Below are positions 46,487 through 57,815 of a stretch of DNA of 64,000 nucleotides, piece by piece. Each line of letters starts with the position of its first letter. Within the stretch, counting starts at the first letter, position 1. The notes beneath the pieces are model-generated. The model was not told where the DNA came from and searched no databases. It worked only from the letters and a program-made list of their open reading frames with translations. This stretch comes from Protoeuglena noctilucae (taxonomy: Eukaryota). Made by a program: the position numbers and the translations under genes. The DNA lies in contig OY253670.1 of NCBI GenBank assembly GCA_958009085.1, forward strand, positions 496,001 through 560,000, written 5' to 3'.

Positions 46487-49400
46487 TCAGTTCTTCTCGG
46501 GCAATTTGGTGGCCAGCCAGCTCAGCTCGGGGTCTCCCTGCAGCGCGATGCGCACGTCTCCGCCCTCCACCATGTCGGGGACGAGGGAGATGCGGGCGTG
46601 GCGGCCCAGGCTGCAGGGCCCACAATCTGCGAACAGCAAGGGGTGTGGAGAGGAAATGTCATACGTTGGCTTTGCACAGTTGCAAGAAATGACATCACGA
46701 GACGAGCAGCAGCCAAGCTGTGTAGTTGCAATGCTTCATTGACACTTCGGACCTCGCGTGGGGGCAACGGCCTGGGGAGCCCACGTGAGAAGCACGGCGC
46801 CAGGTGCGCTCGCGGTGCTCACCCAGTGCGACCACCCCCAGGGCGTGCAGGCGGGTGGCGGCGTTGAGGAGGGTGGTGGCACAGAGGGACCGAAAGGGAC
46901 CCAGGCTCTGAGCGATGTCGAGGGCGGTTTCCAAAGTGGTGGCGCGGATGCCTGGGGGAGCAGACAGGAGTGGGACGGGGTGGGTGGCATAAGATGTGGT
47001 GGACGGTCCCGAGCCACCACGGCAGTTCCACCGCTGGTGCCCCTGTCCCGGCTGCAGAGCTGCCGCTGCTTCGCATCGCTGCTATCGCCAGTGTCCCTCG
47101 GCCTCCTCACTGCCACCACTACCCCTCGCTTGTCGTGCTGCAGTACCGCCGCGCTACCCCTCGCCTGTCTTGCCGAGCTGCTACCCCGTTGTCCCTAACT
47201 GTCCTACCGCCACCACCGTCACTCACCTGTTTTGCGGTGCTGCAGGACGAGGGACGCCAAAAGGACCTTCTCCGCAAAGTCTGCCGCAAACAGCGTCTGC
47301 ACTTTCTGCGACCCCTGCTGGCTCTCCTGGATGATGCTGGCCACCGTGGCGACGGAGATGGCCTCGCGGAGACTGCCCTCCTCGACGTCGCCGCCGGCAC
47401 GGGTCAGCATCTGCTGAAACTGCGTCACGCACTGGCTGCGGGTGCGGGGGGTGGGTTACCGGTGTTAGGTGTGGTGTTGGGGACGGTAGGTTAGCTTTGA
47501 CACCGAGTCTAGCTTAGGTTTGACACCGAATGCAGCTGCTGACACCGAGTGTAATTGAAGAGACAAAGACTCACCGGAGTGTGTCCAGGAGGCGCCTGGC
47601 ATCGCCCCCGGTGTTGGCCACTCTCCGGCAAGCAAGCTCAATGGCTTGCCGCTTGAAGAGAGGCACGTCGCCGATGCGCGCACGCGCGATCTGCTCCAGT
47701 TGCTCGACGGAGTAGGGCCGAAACTCGACACGGCGGCACTGGGGTGGAGTGGGAGGGCGGGGCGGTGAGGGGTGCATGCGAGCGGCGGCAGTCACCGGGT
47801 GATCTTAAGGTGGTGGCCAGTTTGAACACAGTACAAGCACGTAATAGAGTAAGCTACCTCGCACCCAATTGCACCGCCTGGCTCGTCCCTGGCTCACCTT
47901 GCTGGCCGTGCTGGACCCTACGCCCCACACACACTGGGGCAGGTCAGCCCTGTTGCCGATGCCGACCACCGCGAGGCGCGCGCCCCTCTCCGTCGGCCAC
48001 GACAGGAGCTCCTTGAGCACCTCGTTGCGCCTCGTGCACAGCAGGTCCATCTGTGGACGAGCCACATCATCGGTGGCATCAAAAATTGCAGCATTGTTGT
48101 CTTTCGACAGCTTGTCAATGATTCATCAACTCTAGCCGTCTTCACCTCGTCGACCACGGCGACCGTCATCGTGGCGCTGTCACCCCAGAAGCCCCGCCGG
48201 GACCGCAATCGACGTCGGTATTCGTCCCGAGCCTCCGCGGGCGCCCACACCGTGCCGCCCGTCTGCTGTTCCAAGAACGACTGCGGCGCGGAGGGGGGAT
48301 TCGATTCATGGTTTCAAGCCATGAAGGTCGATTGCGATGGGAAGCGCACGGGTGCCGGGCACCAGCATGCACTTGCCTCCGCGCCCCCCAACCCTGCGTC
48401 TGTGCGGCCTCAAGTGCCCCCACTCGCACGCTTTGATCTCTCATCTCGCCTGGAACACGTGCACCGGCGTCCCGACCATCATGGAATTGACGAAAAGGTG
48501 CCGAATAGAGACGGGACCGTCCGCATCCCCCGTCAGCCGCAACTTGACGGCGCGCAGAGCCTCCATGACCGTCGCCGTTTTGCCTGCCGAGCATGGAGAT
48601 AAGAAGCGGTCACCTGCGGCGCGCTTGGTCATGCACACCACCGCACGTCCCGTTGCCATACCACACCCCGCCACCCTGCTAAACCCAGCCTCAAGACCCG
48701 CCTGCCGTTTGCTTTCTATGCCCTTACATCGACCCCTTGGCATCCCACTATTAAGCTCCTCGTTGCCTCCCTCACCAGTGCCAGGCAAGCCATACAAGTA
48801 GAGCATGGGCGACTGGGGCACGCCACCCCCCTTGGCCTCTCGCACAAACGCCTCCAGGAAGTCCTCGATCATGGCGCGCTCGGCGTCCCGGCACGGGAGC
48901 GACGGGGGCCTGGCGCGCAGCTCCAGGCTGCAGTAGAGGGACGCCAGGGTGCCGTGCGGGGTGCGGGCCGAACCCGGACCGTGGGCCCCGCCAGCCTCCG
49001 GGCCCCCGGGCTCCTCTGCTCCCCGCCCTTCCGATTCCAACAGCGACGCCACAGCTATCGCGCGGACTTTGCGGGACTTGCGACGGCGCCGGGACGGGCC
49101 CCGCACGCCCCCGTCGCTGTCCACGCCATGGGCCCAATCCGCGTCCTGCCAGCAGTCATCCTCGTCACCACCACTCCCAGCAGCCGCACGCTTCTTCGCG
49201 TTGCTGCGCAGTCGCCGGTTGCCAAGCGATGCGGCGCCGGGCGTGGACGGCGGGCTGGGTGACGATGAGGGCGAGTCCTCCGCCGCTTCGCGCGAAGGAC
49301 AGGGCCGGGGCTCGGCGGCTGCGTCCGGTTCGAACACTGCCGGTCTGGCCCTCTCGGGGGCGCCGACGCGGAGGGCCGGGGGCGCCAGTGGCACCTGCGG

Positions 49401-49643
49401 CGACAAAGTTGAACGCGTTTCGGTCGAAAGGGCGGGAAGCACATCGCAGCGGCGGGCCGGGGTCAGGCCGACTGCAAAGTGACTCACTGAAAAGAACCTC
49501 TTCTCCGCCTGCCTCTCCATCGCTCTCCGAAGCTCGCGCGAGTCGCTGGCCCAGAACGACGGGAGCCCGTGCAGGCAGTCTCCCCATACCAGCCTCCGAG
49601 CCCTCGGGAGGTCGTCCAGCTGCTCACGCCCCGTCCCCACCAT
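46487..49643 (-). CDS. ORC1: Origin recognition complex subunit 1 (ORC1/CDC6-family AAA+ ATPase)
   Basis: LPCRDAE; Walker A LYLYGLPGTG|KTAT; Walker B VVDE|MDLL; LSWPT..LAVVGIGNRADLP; FRPYS..Q; AIELACRRVA..GDARR; C-terminal DVRIALQGDPELSWLA. Intron 48449-48281 is GC-AG. 5' end unresolved. Confidence 0.85.
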
Positions 49644-50286
49644 CCCTCAGCCTCTATGCGGACAAGCAGCAAGCGCTATACGTTCATTCACCGCGTGAAC
49701 AGACTGCCCAGGACGCAGCGACAGGTCGACGCGACGCAAGCGCGAATCACTCATCAGTATGGCGCAGAGGACAGTGCAGGGGGCCTTTCGGACACCCTTC
49801 AGCTGGCGTCAGAATTTGTCAGGACTGTCGGGTCGCGGGAAGGGCGTGTAGCGAGCGTCGCGTCGTCGCATTATCGAATTGGAACTCCGCGAGTGCCGCT
49901 CCGGCGTGCGCGCGCCTTCCGCTGCGAGTGGCGATCGACATCCCTGCGCGGGCAAGTGGGTCAGCGCTATTGTCGTGATACTTCCCCGGTATCTATCACA
50001 GAAGGAACGATTGGCGCTCCGGCAGCTTTGGTGAGACGCTGGGCGGGGATGTGGCAGACGGCATGCTCACTCCACCCAACCCCTGCTCGCATTCCGCTAA
50101 GCAGCCGGAAGCAGCGGCGGACTGAAGTGGAGCATTCCGCGCACCCTCCTGACCCTGAGACTCGAGCAACCCGAAGCGCATTGCCCGCGTCTCGCGCCGG
50201 ACATGTTGGGGGTCCTTTCGCCGCGAGGGCCGACTCTGGGGCCCGCCACGGGTATCGTGCACGCAGGTGGATTCGGCGAAGTCACC

Positions 50287-52263
50287 ATGGAGCGCCAGCC
50301 TAGCCGGGCCAGCCTGGGGTCGCACCGTTCGGGCAAGTCGCAGGCGTCCAAGTACCGCGTGGTCGCCGCGACGTCCATGGTGGACGAATCGCTGTTCGGG
50401 AACAAGAAGAGCCCGAATGGGAAGGCCGAGGGTGCGCCGCGGGACGCGGCTCCCAAGAGCGCCAAGGCGGGGGGGCTGAGGTCCACGGCGACGCTGGGGG
50501 CGAGCCTGAAGGAGGGCGCCGTGACGGTGACCAAGCACGACTTGGAACGGATGCTCAACAAGTCATCTATTCTGACTGCGGAGGAGGCGCAGGCACTGCG
50601 CTTCGAGCGGGAGGCCCGCCGGGAGCAGGAGCGCAAGGCGGCGAACGAGCGCAAGGTGCGCCCCGGCCCTTTCGCGCCGCGCGCGCACGCCTCCGGGCCC
50701 CCCGCGCACTCCAGCCTTTCTTCCCGCTGTCCAGGCTCGCATGCTGGAGCTCGAGGCGCGTGCGCGTGAGCTGGAGCCCCCGACCGAGTCGGAGATGCTC
50801 AAGGAGGAGGAGGACGAGACGACGCTGGCGCGGACGCGGTTCCTGCTGGACGAGGAGCGCGACGAGGTCAAGGGCATGAACCGCATGATGCTCTACGCCA
50901 AGTGCGTCACGATCCGGGACGCCCAGGTGGCCGAGAAGCGCAGCATTCAGCGCGAGACGGAGGAGGAGGAGCGCCGCATGGACGTGGCCATGGAGATCGA
51001 CCGGGTGAAGGCGCTGGAGGCGTACGAGGAGCGGGAGCGGCGACGGGCGGAGGAGCAACGCAAGGGCGCGGCCATCATCGTGGACCAGATCCACGAGCGG
51101 GAGCAGGAGCGCATCCGGGAGGAGGAGCTGCGGGACTTGGAGCGCCAGCAGCTCATGCGGGAGATCGAGCGGCTGAAGCGCGAGGTGAGGGCCGCGGCGT
51201 GAGAGCCGGTCGTCCGGCCGCGGGGACCGTCGGGCCGCAGCCGGCGCGTACGGAGAAGATGCGGCATGGGAACTCAGGCGCGTGGTTGTCGTGCTCGCAG
51301 GACGAGGCGTCGCGCGAGGCGGCCAAGCTCAAGGCGCGGCAGCTGATGGAGGAGGTGATGGAGACGAACCAGAGGCAGCTGGAGATGAAGCGGATGGCCA
51401 AGCAGGAGGAGGTGGAGGAGGACATGCGGATCGCCGAGTACATCCGGCAAAGGGACCTGCGGGAGCAGGCGCTGGCGGAGGAGAAGGAGAGGATTGCGAA
51501 GGAGAAGGAGCTCGAGATCGCGCGGCTCCGGGCGCAGCAGGAGCGGGCGAATGACCGGCAGGCGGAGATCGACGAGCTGCGGGCGCGGCGGTACCAGGAG
51601 CAGAGCGAGCGCGAGTGGCGGGACAAGGAGCGCCGGGAGCAGGAGCGGCGCGAGCGGATGCAGGACGAGCTGTCGCGGGCCAGGTGAGGAGCAGGGGGGC
51701 TGGGAACGGGCCCTGACGGTGCAACGCGGTTGCTAATATGCGCTTCCCCCGCTCGTGCTCGGCAGGGAGTACCAGATGGCCTCCAAGGTGCAGTCGATGG
51801 CGGAGATGGCTCGCGCGGAGAAGGAGGACTTCGAGCGCGTGCTGCGGGTCAACATGCAACGGCAGCGGGAGGAGGCGGAGGCGCACGAGGCGGCCGAGAC
51901 CATCCGGCGCCGGCACCAGCAGGATCTGCTCGCTCAGATCCACGAGGCGGAGGAGAAGCGCATCAAGCAGCGCCAGGAACACCTGGAGGAGGGCCGCAAG
52001 GTGCGCAACTGGCGCAGTGGTCTCTGTCGGGCAACTGCAAACATGGATGGCTTTTTGCCGGAGCGAATGCTTGGGAGCGTTGCTGGGTGAGCACGTAACG
52101 CGGCGTTCCCGGGTTCCACGCGCAGATCCGCGAGAGGCTGCAGCGCGAGCGCGTGCACCTCGAGATGGTCAAGGAGCGCAAGCTGAGAGAGCTGCGGGCC
52201 GCGGGGGTGCCGGAGAAGTACGTGGCGGAGTTGGTGAAGATGAAGGTGTCCACGGGGGCATGA
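50287..52263 (+). CDS. CFAP45: Cilia/flagella-associated protein 45 (CCDC19/FAP45), 5 exons
   Basis: VDESLFG; DEVKGMNRMMLYAKCVTIRDAQ; RLRAQQERANDRQAEIDELRARRYQE; GVPEKY. Confidence 0.92.
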
Positions 52264-52447
52264 AGAGCGGCTGCCCGCGGCATGCTGTGATTTGTCGCCT
52301 GCTTGAAGGACCCTGTGCGCACACGTCTTCTGCCGAAGAGACCAGCCAGGATGCCGCATGGACACTGGAAGTTCAACGAACTGGGTGCCCGGGATCGGGA
52401 GCCTCGCGCATCACGCTGCGCCTGGCGGCCTCGCCCCGTGACCCCCG

Positions 52448-55107
52448 TCAAGCTTCAAACTTTTTGAATACCACTGCCGAGTTGTGTCCCCCGAACCCGA
52501 ACGAGTTGGAGAGGGCCGCACGGGGCTCGAGCTTCTCCTTCTTGCTCCCAATGAGGAAGTTGAGGTCCAGGTCGTCCTCGGGATTCTGCAGAAACGCCGG
52601 TCGACGCTCGTTGATAGTAACGATACTGGCTCGCCTCGTCGCCGGCACCACGGGACAAGTGAGACAGCCGTGCGAGAGCCGCACGCCACGCGAGGGCATG
52701 TCCACCGTGTCTCACCTCCAGGTTGGCGTTCGGGTGCACCCACCCTGTGGCGAGCGACTGCACGCACGCCACCGCCTCCACGGCGCCCGCCGCCCCCAGC
52801 AGGTGCCCCGTGAACCCCTTGGTCGAGTTGATCTTCCCCTTCCACCCCGCCAGCCCCGACATGATGGCCCTGCGACGCGAACAGGCACACAGTCAGCCGA
52901 GCCCTGCAAGGCTTCAGACCAGAGGAAGCGAAGGGTGCAATGCTCCTTAGATGATGTCCCCGAAGTACCCTTCCCGACTCACCTGTACTCCGCCATGTCC
53001 CCCGCGGGCGTGGACGTGCCGTGGGCATTGACGTAGTCGATATCTTCTGGCCGCATGCGGGCGTCCGCCAGGGCACGCTGGATGCACAGAGACACGCCCT
53101 TGCCCTCCGGGTGCGGCTCCGTCAGGTGGTGCGCGTCGCAGCTGAAGGCCGCGCCCGCAACCTCGCAGAGGATGGGCGCACCTCGTGCCTGGGGAACACA
53201 GAGGACCGGGGACAACGTCGCACTCTCCTCACAAACACCCATGGGGATCTCGGCGCGGCGAGACCTGAAAGGCTAGTTAGACTACCAGGACCTGTCTCAC
53301 GTCAGGACTGCTAGCCAGTCCCTAGCCTCCGACAGAGCACGGCACACCGGCGGGTCAGCCGCCCGTCAGCGCTGCCCTCTGCATGCATGGCACAGGGCGG
53401 CGCGCCCTTCACCTGCGCGTGCTCCAGGCTCTCCAGCACCAGCACCCCCGCCCCCTCGCCCATCACGAACCCGTCGCGCCCCTTGTCCCAAGGCCGAGAT
53501 GCGGCCGCCGGGTCGTCGTTGCGCTGGGAGAGCGCCTTGCAGGCGATGAAGCCCTGGATGCCCAGGGGCAGGACGGACGCCTCGGCGCCGCCCGCGAGCA
53601 TCACGTCCGCGTCCCCACGCCGGATGTGGTCCATCGCCAGCTGCGGGCCACGGGAGGCCAGGCGGGGATGGTGAGCTGTGTGCCGCAGCGATTGCGGTTG
53701 CGGCCGGGGCCTTGCGCGGCCTGAACAGAATGTCCTACGGAGCACCCAGCCGTCGTCAGGCGCTGCTGGTAATCTGTCTGTCACCTTGATGCAGTAGTTG
53801 CCGGTGGCGCACGCCGTGTTGGCGGGGTAGTTGGGGCCCATGAAGTTGAGCTCCATGGCGAGCATCGCGCCGGGCATGTTGGTGATGGCGAAGGGGATGC
53901 AGAAAGGGTTCATTCGCCGGAAGGACTGCGTCACCAGGCTCTGCACCGCCGTGCCGAACGCCTGCGAGGGAAGCCGATGCGTCGAGGGTGACGGACGGCG
54001 TGTGCGATGGGTCCAGAGGAGGCAACAGGGCGCTTTCTGACGGATGCGGGTGGCGCGAGGTGACTCACGTCATAGCCGCCGAGGGCGGAACCTATGAGAA
54101 TGCCTGCCCGGAACTTGTCCAGCTTCTTGAACGCCTCCCCCGTTTCGTCGAGGCCCGCATGGCGCAGCGCAAGCTTGCCGGCGACGACACCAAACTGTGA
54201 GGGATGCGGAGGCGTCATTGCGCGGGACGGCCAGCGCCCCGGCGGGCGGCCTCGAGCACGGGTCGGGACACCCACCTTGATCACGGGGTCCACGCGCTTG
54301 ACGAACTTCTTCTGCATGAGTCCGTCCAGCGCCAGCTGCGTCACCGCCTCATCGTCCACCTCCGCGGCAATCCGGGTCGGGAGCTCCGACGCGTCGAACT
54401 TGCTGATCGCCCGCACCCCCGACCGCCCCTCCAGGAGGTGCCCGTAGAACTCCGCGGGGTCGTTGCCCAGGGGAGACACGAGCCCGAGCCCAGTCACGAC
54501 AACCCTGCGCGGCGGGGGGCGGGGGCGTCGCGGGGGAGCGTGTTGCGCCTGCCAGATGCTCTGAGGCCGCACGGAGGGCCCTTGCCTACGCCTCCCGTCC
54601 TCCTCGCTCGTCACTGCGCAGGCCACATCCCTGCACACCCGCGCCTGCGGCGGGGTCCTCACGCTCCGGAGACTCCCTGCGGGCGACGGACGGGCAGGGA
54701 GCAGCAGCTCGGTCGTGGGCGCGTCCTCCGGCGAGGCCCCACGCCGCAACGACCCCGTTTCCAGGCGCGATGCGATGTTATCGACGAGGAGCCACCGGAG
54801 ATGCGGGCGGGAGCGGTGCCCCGACGAAGCGCGGGCCCGCAAGACCCCGAGGGAGGGGCCAGAGGCCTGAGACGCGCCCGCGGAGGGCCAGCGGAGTCGG
54901 AATCGTGCAGCTCGCGAGCGAATATGCCGCGGATGAGATCGAACGCGGGATCGCCGGGGGATCGCTCGCGCCCGGCCCGAGTAAGATCGCCCGGCGCGCC
55001 TGCCCCGCAGACGCCGCGGGGGACCCGCGCCGGCGGCCCGCACCTGAGATGGCTGCCGGAAAGGACGAAGGGAGGGGCTGGCCGGTGCGAATACCCACGA
55101 CGCTCAT
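52448..55107 (-). CDS. KAS2: Plastid 3-ketoacyl-ACP synthase II (FabF/KASII)
   Basis: [28 protein letters not shown] (catalytic Cys); [36 protein letters not shown]. Transit-peptide exon from ATG 55107; the 5' exon layout is tentative. Confidence 0.93.
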
Positions 55108-55461
55108 GGCTCCAGCCACCTGTCCATGACACGCACAGCGCCCCAGCCTGAGCCTCAGCGTCCGAGCCCCGATCGCCGTCGCTGCGCTATGTTCGAGAAG
55201 AGTGAAGTGCGATGCCGCTGGAGATTTCATGAGACAGTTGATGCACGCAAACTGGGTAGGGTCATCGGTGCCTCTGGCGTGGCGTGGCACAGGCTCTCAG
55301 CTGAACTGCTGCTCGGCCAGGACATGAGCCCATAGCTTTCAAGCCAACTCCAACTGCGCGGCCATGGCATGCGCTCTACAGCTTTACAGCTTGCAGTGCT
55401 GGCAGTGCTGGCAAGGATGACCATCTAAGGCGCTGGCAATAAGCCATGCATGCTCATGTTC

Positions 55462-56485
55462 TCAAGCCATCTCCTTGAACTCCTCGTACGGCAGCGCGCT
55501 GCGGTGGATCCTGAGAGCACAGCGAGGGCGCTGACCCTCCAGCAAGCTGGAGGGGCTGGTAATGCGCTATCATCTTTCACCCCTCGGCCTGCCTCACCTG
55601 CACAGGAGCCACGTCCCGTCCGGCTCCTTGTGCGCGACCAGGGTATAGAACCCAGCCACCTTGTGCTGCGTGCCCTCCGTCTGCGTCTGCGACGCGACCT
55701 TCCCGAAGTGCTCGCGCCACTTATCCTGCACGTTGTAGCACTCGCACGTACGCAGGGTGATGACGGCCAGATCCCCTGAGTCGGCAACTGCGGGCCAGTC
55801 GGAAGGGCGTTCCTCGGTCGCGCTGTGCATTGCCTGGGCCGTCCTGCCCACCGCATCCTACGCTCGCTAGGCACGTTGGGTCGCCCAGCCCACCGCACCC
55901 TACGCTCACTAAGCACATTGGGTCGTCCAGCCCACCGCTGGGTCGTCCATCCCACCGCGCCCTGCGCTCACTCGTCACGTCGTTGATCTCCTCGACCATG
56001 CACTTGAAGTTGCCGAAGAATGCCTCCTTGAGCATCTGCTCCTGGTCGCCCGGCCCGATGAACATGCTCCCGATCTGAGCTTGCGCGTGCGGGGCGACGT
56101 ACTTGTGGAGGTGGCTCCACAGGTCGCGCTGCGCGTCCTCGGCCTCGATGTTGAGCGCGTCCGTCGCCAGGTCCACGCAATGGAACAGATCGAGGTCCGC
56201 CTTGCGCGTCACGTCGCTGCTAACGCGGAAGTGGCAGACCTGCGGGCGATGGTGGGAGGAGCAAGGCACGGCGAGGCACGGCGAAGGGGGTTGGTTACGG
56301 TAGTGCTGTTCAGTGCGGGAGTGCCCGCCACGCGCGGCGGCACCTTGACATTCTCTTATGAAGCAAATCCTAGGCCATCGAGACATCGCCGAGCTCACCT
56401 GCGCGCGGCGTTGGCTGCGCTGGGCCGCAGGCCGGCCCACGATCGCGGCCCGAGGGCCGCAGAGGACCTGTGCGCGCGCGCTCAT
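55462..56485 (-). CDS. NTF2/SnoaL-like fold protein, copy A (possible transit peptide)
   Basis: Four exons; DLAVITLR...FYTLVAHKEPDGTW; Arg/Ala-rich N-terminus; TGTAA on the minus strand at 55384-55388. The fold assignment is inference. Confidence 0.6.
55837..55972. repeat. Degenerate ~39-bp tandem repeat in an intron
   Basis: GGGTCGYCCAGCCCACCGCAYCCTACGCTC-like unit, about 3.5 copies. Confidence 0.75.
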
Positions 56486-56759
56486 CTCGTCTTCTTTTCG
56501 TTATGAGCAAGACAGGAAGCTGATTGTGACTGCGCGAGCGGGGCGGCCAGGCATCAGGTCCAGAAATGCTTCTGACTGCCTTGCATGCCAGAGACGAGAC
56601 AACCCCCGTCGCGGCCCCTCCCATCCGTGCCATGCCATTTCTTCATACACACACTGCTGCTCATTCAGCCAGCCGCAACGTCATCCAGCTACAGTGGCGC
56701 AAGCGGTCCATCAACCAGCCATCAACTACCAGCCCACGCTCTCGTTCCCCTGCTCGGGC

Positions 56760-57359
56760 TCAGGCCTTGCTGGCCGACTCGTACGCCTTGCGGTCCGTGC
56801 AGTTGCGGTGGAACCGGGCCATCTTCCACTCCCCGTCCTCGCGGCGCAGGACGATCGTGTAGAAGCTCTCGGTGTCCTGGTCAATCATGTCGGGGGCCTC
56901 GCCCATCTGCTCCTTGCTCATGTGCCCGTACTGCAGGTTGAAGCTCTTCGGCATCTTGCTCTGCTCGTGCGCACGCACGCCGATGACGGCGAGGTCATTT
57001 GCGTCCGACACTGCGCGGGGATGGAATGGTCCGGCATGCTCGTGTGGCCGTCATCACGGGGCCTGGTCGGATGCGCCCGACGCAGCGCATCCCTCACGTG
57101 CGATGCTGTCGACCTTGTCGAGGCAGCGCTCGAAGCACGAAGGGAAGGCCGTCTCGAGCAGCTTCTCGTGCTCGCTGCAGCCGATCGGGCCCGGCATCTG
57201 GTTGAGCTGGACGTTGCCGTCGCTGGCCGAGAACCTCTTCGTGTGCTCCACGAGGTGGCGCCCAGCCTCGTCGTCGAACTTGACATTCATGAAGCTGTTG
57301 ACGAGCTTCATGACGTCCTGCATCTCCTTATCGGACTCCGGGGGCGCCTCGCATGTCAT
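56760..57359 (-). CDS. NTF2/SnoaL-like fold protein, copy B
   Basis: Two coding exons joined in phase (SIAL|SDAN); DLAVIGVR...FYTIVLRREDGEWKMARFH. Confidence 0.65.
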
Positions 57360-57815
57360 GCGCGCACGGCAGACGGCCTGCGAGGGAAGAACGGACGCGC
57401 AGTGTCCGTGACGTACCCCGAACGCTGATCCTGATCATGCACAGGGACGGGTTGTTTAGGCGCCGGGCGAGGGAGGGCGGGGGTCGCGATCGAGGCACCG
57501 TAAACCGCAGCACCGCCCCGCGAAGCGCTCAGACAGCCCCGCGCGACGCCGACGACACGGTACACAATCCTCTACGCACTTGGCGAGCTGGCTTGGGGGC
57601 CAGGAGGCGCGCAGGACGCAGGCCGTTGCCGGCCCGCATCGTGGGCGCGGCGCTGACCGATCCAATCATCTTGTACTACGAGGAGGTTAGGGAGGAGTGG
57701 CCAAGGTCGGCTGTCGTCGTCCCGGCCGCGGTTGCTTGCCGTTTTCATGCCGTTTTTTCCGCCAGAAACACTCGCTGGGGCAAACCTCGCTTTCAAGCGC
57801 CAGTCGCAGAATGCG

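Noticed and set aside
6426..52263. Ciliary gene cluster (CFAP57, RP2, CFAP45)
   Set aside because: The genes are interspersed with unrelated ones; three ciliary genes among about 22 is not clearly above chance for a flagellate.
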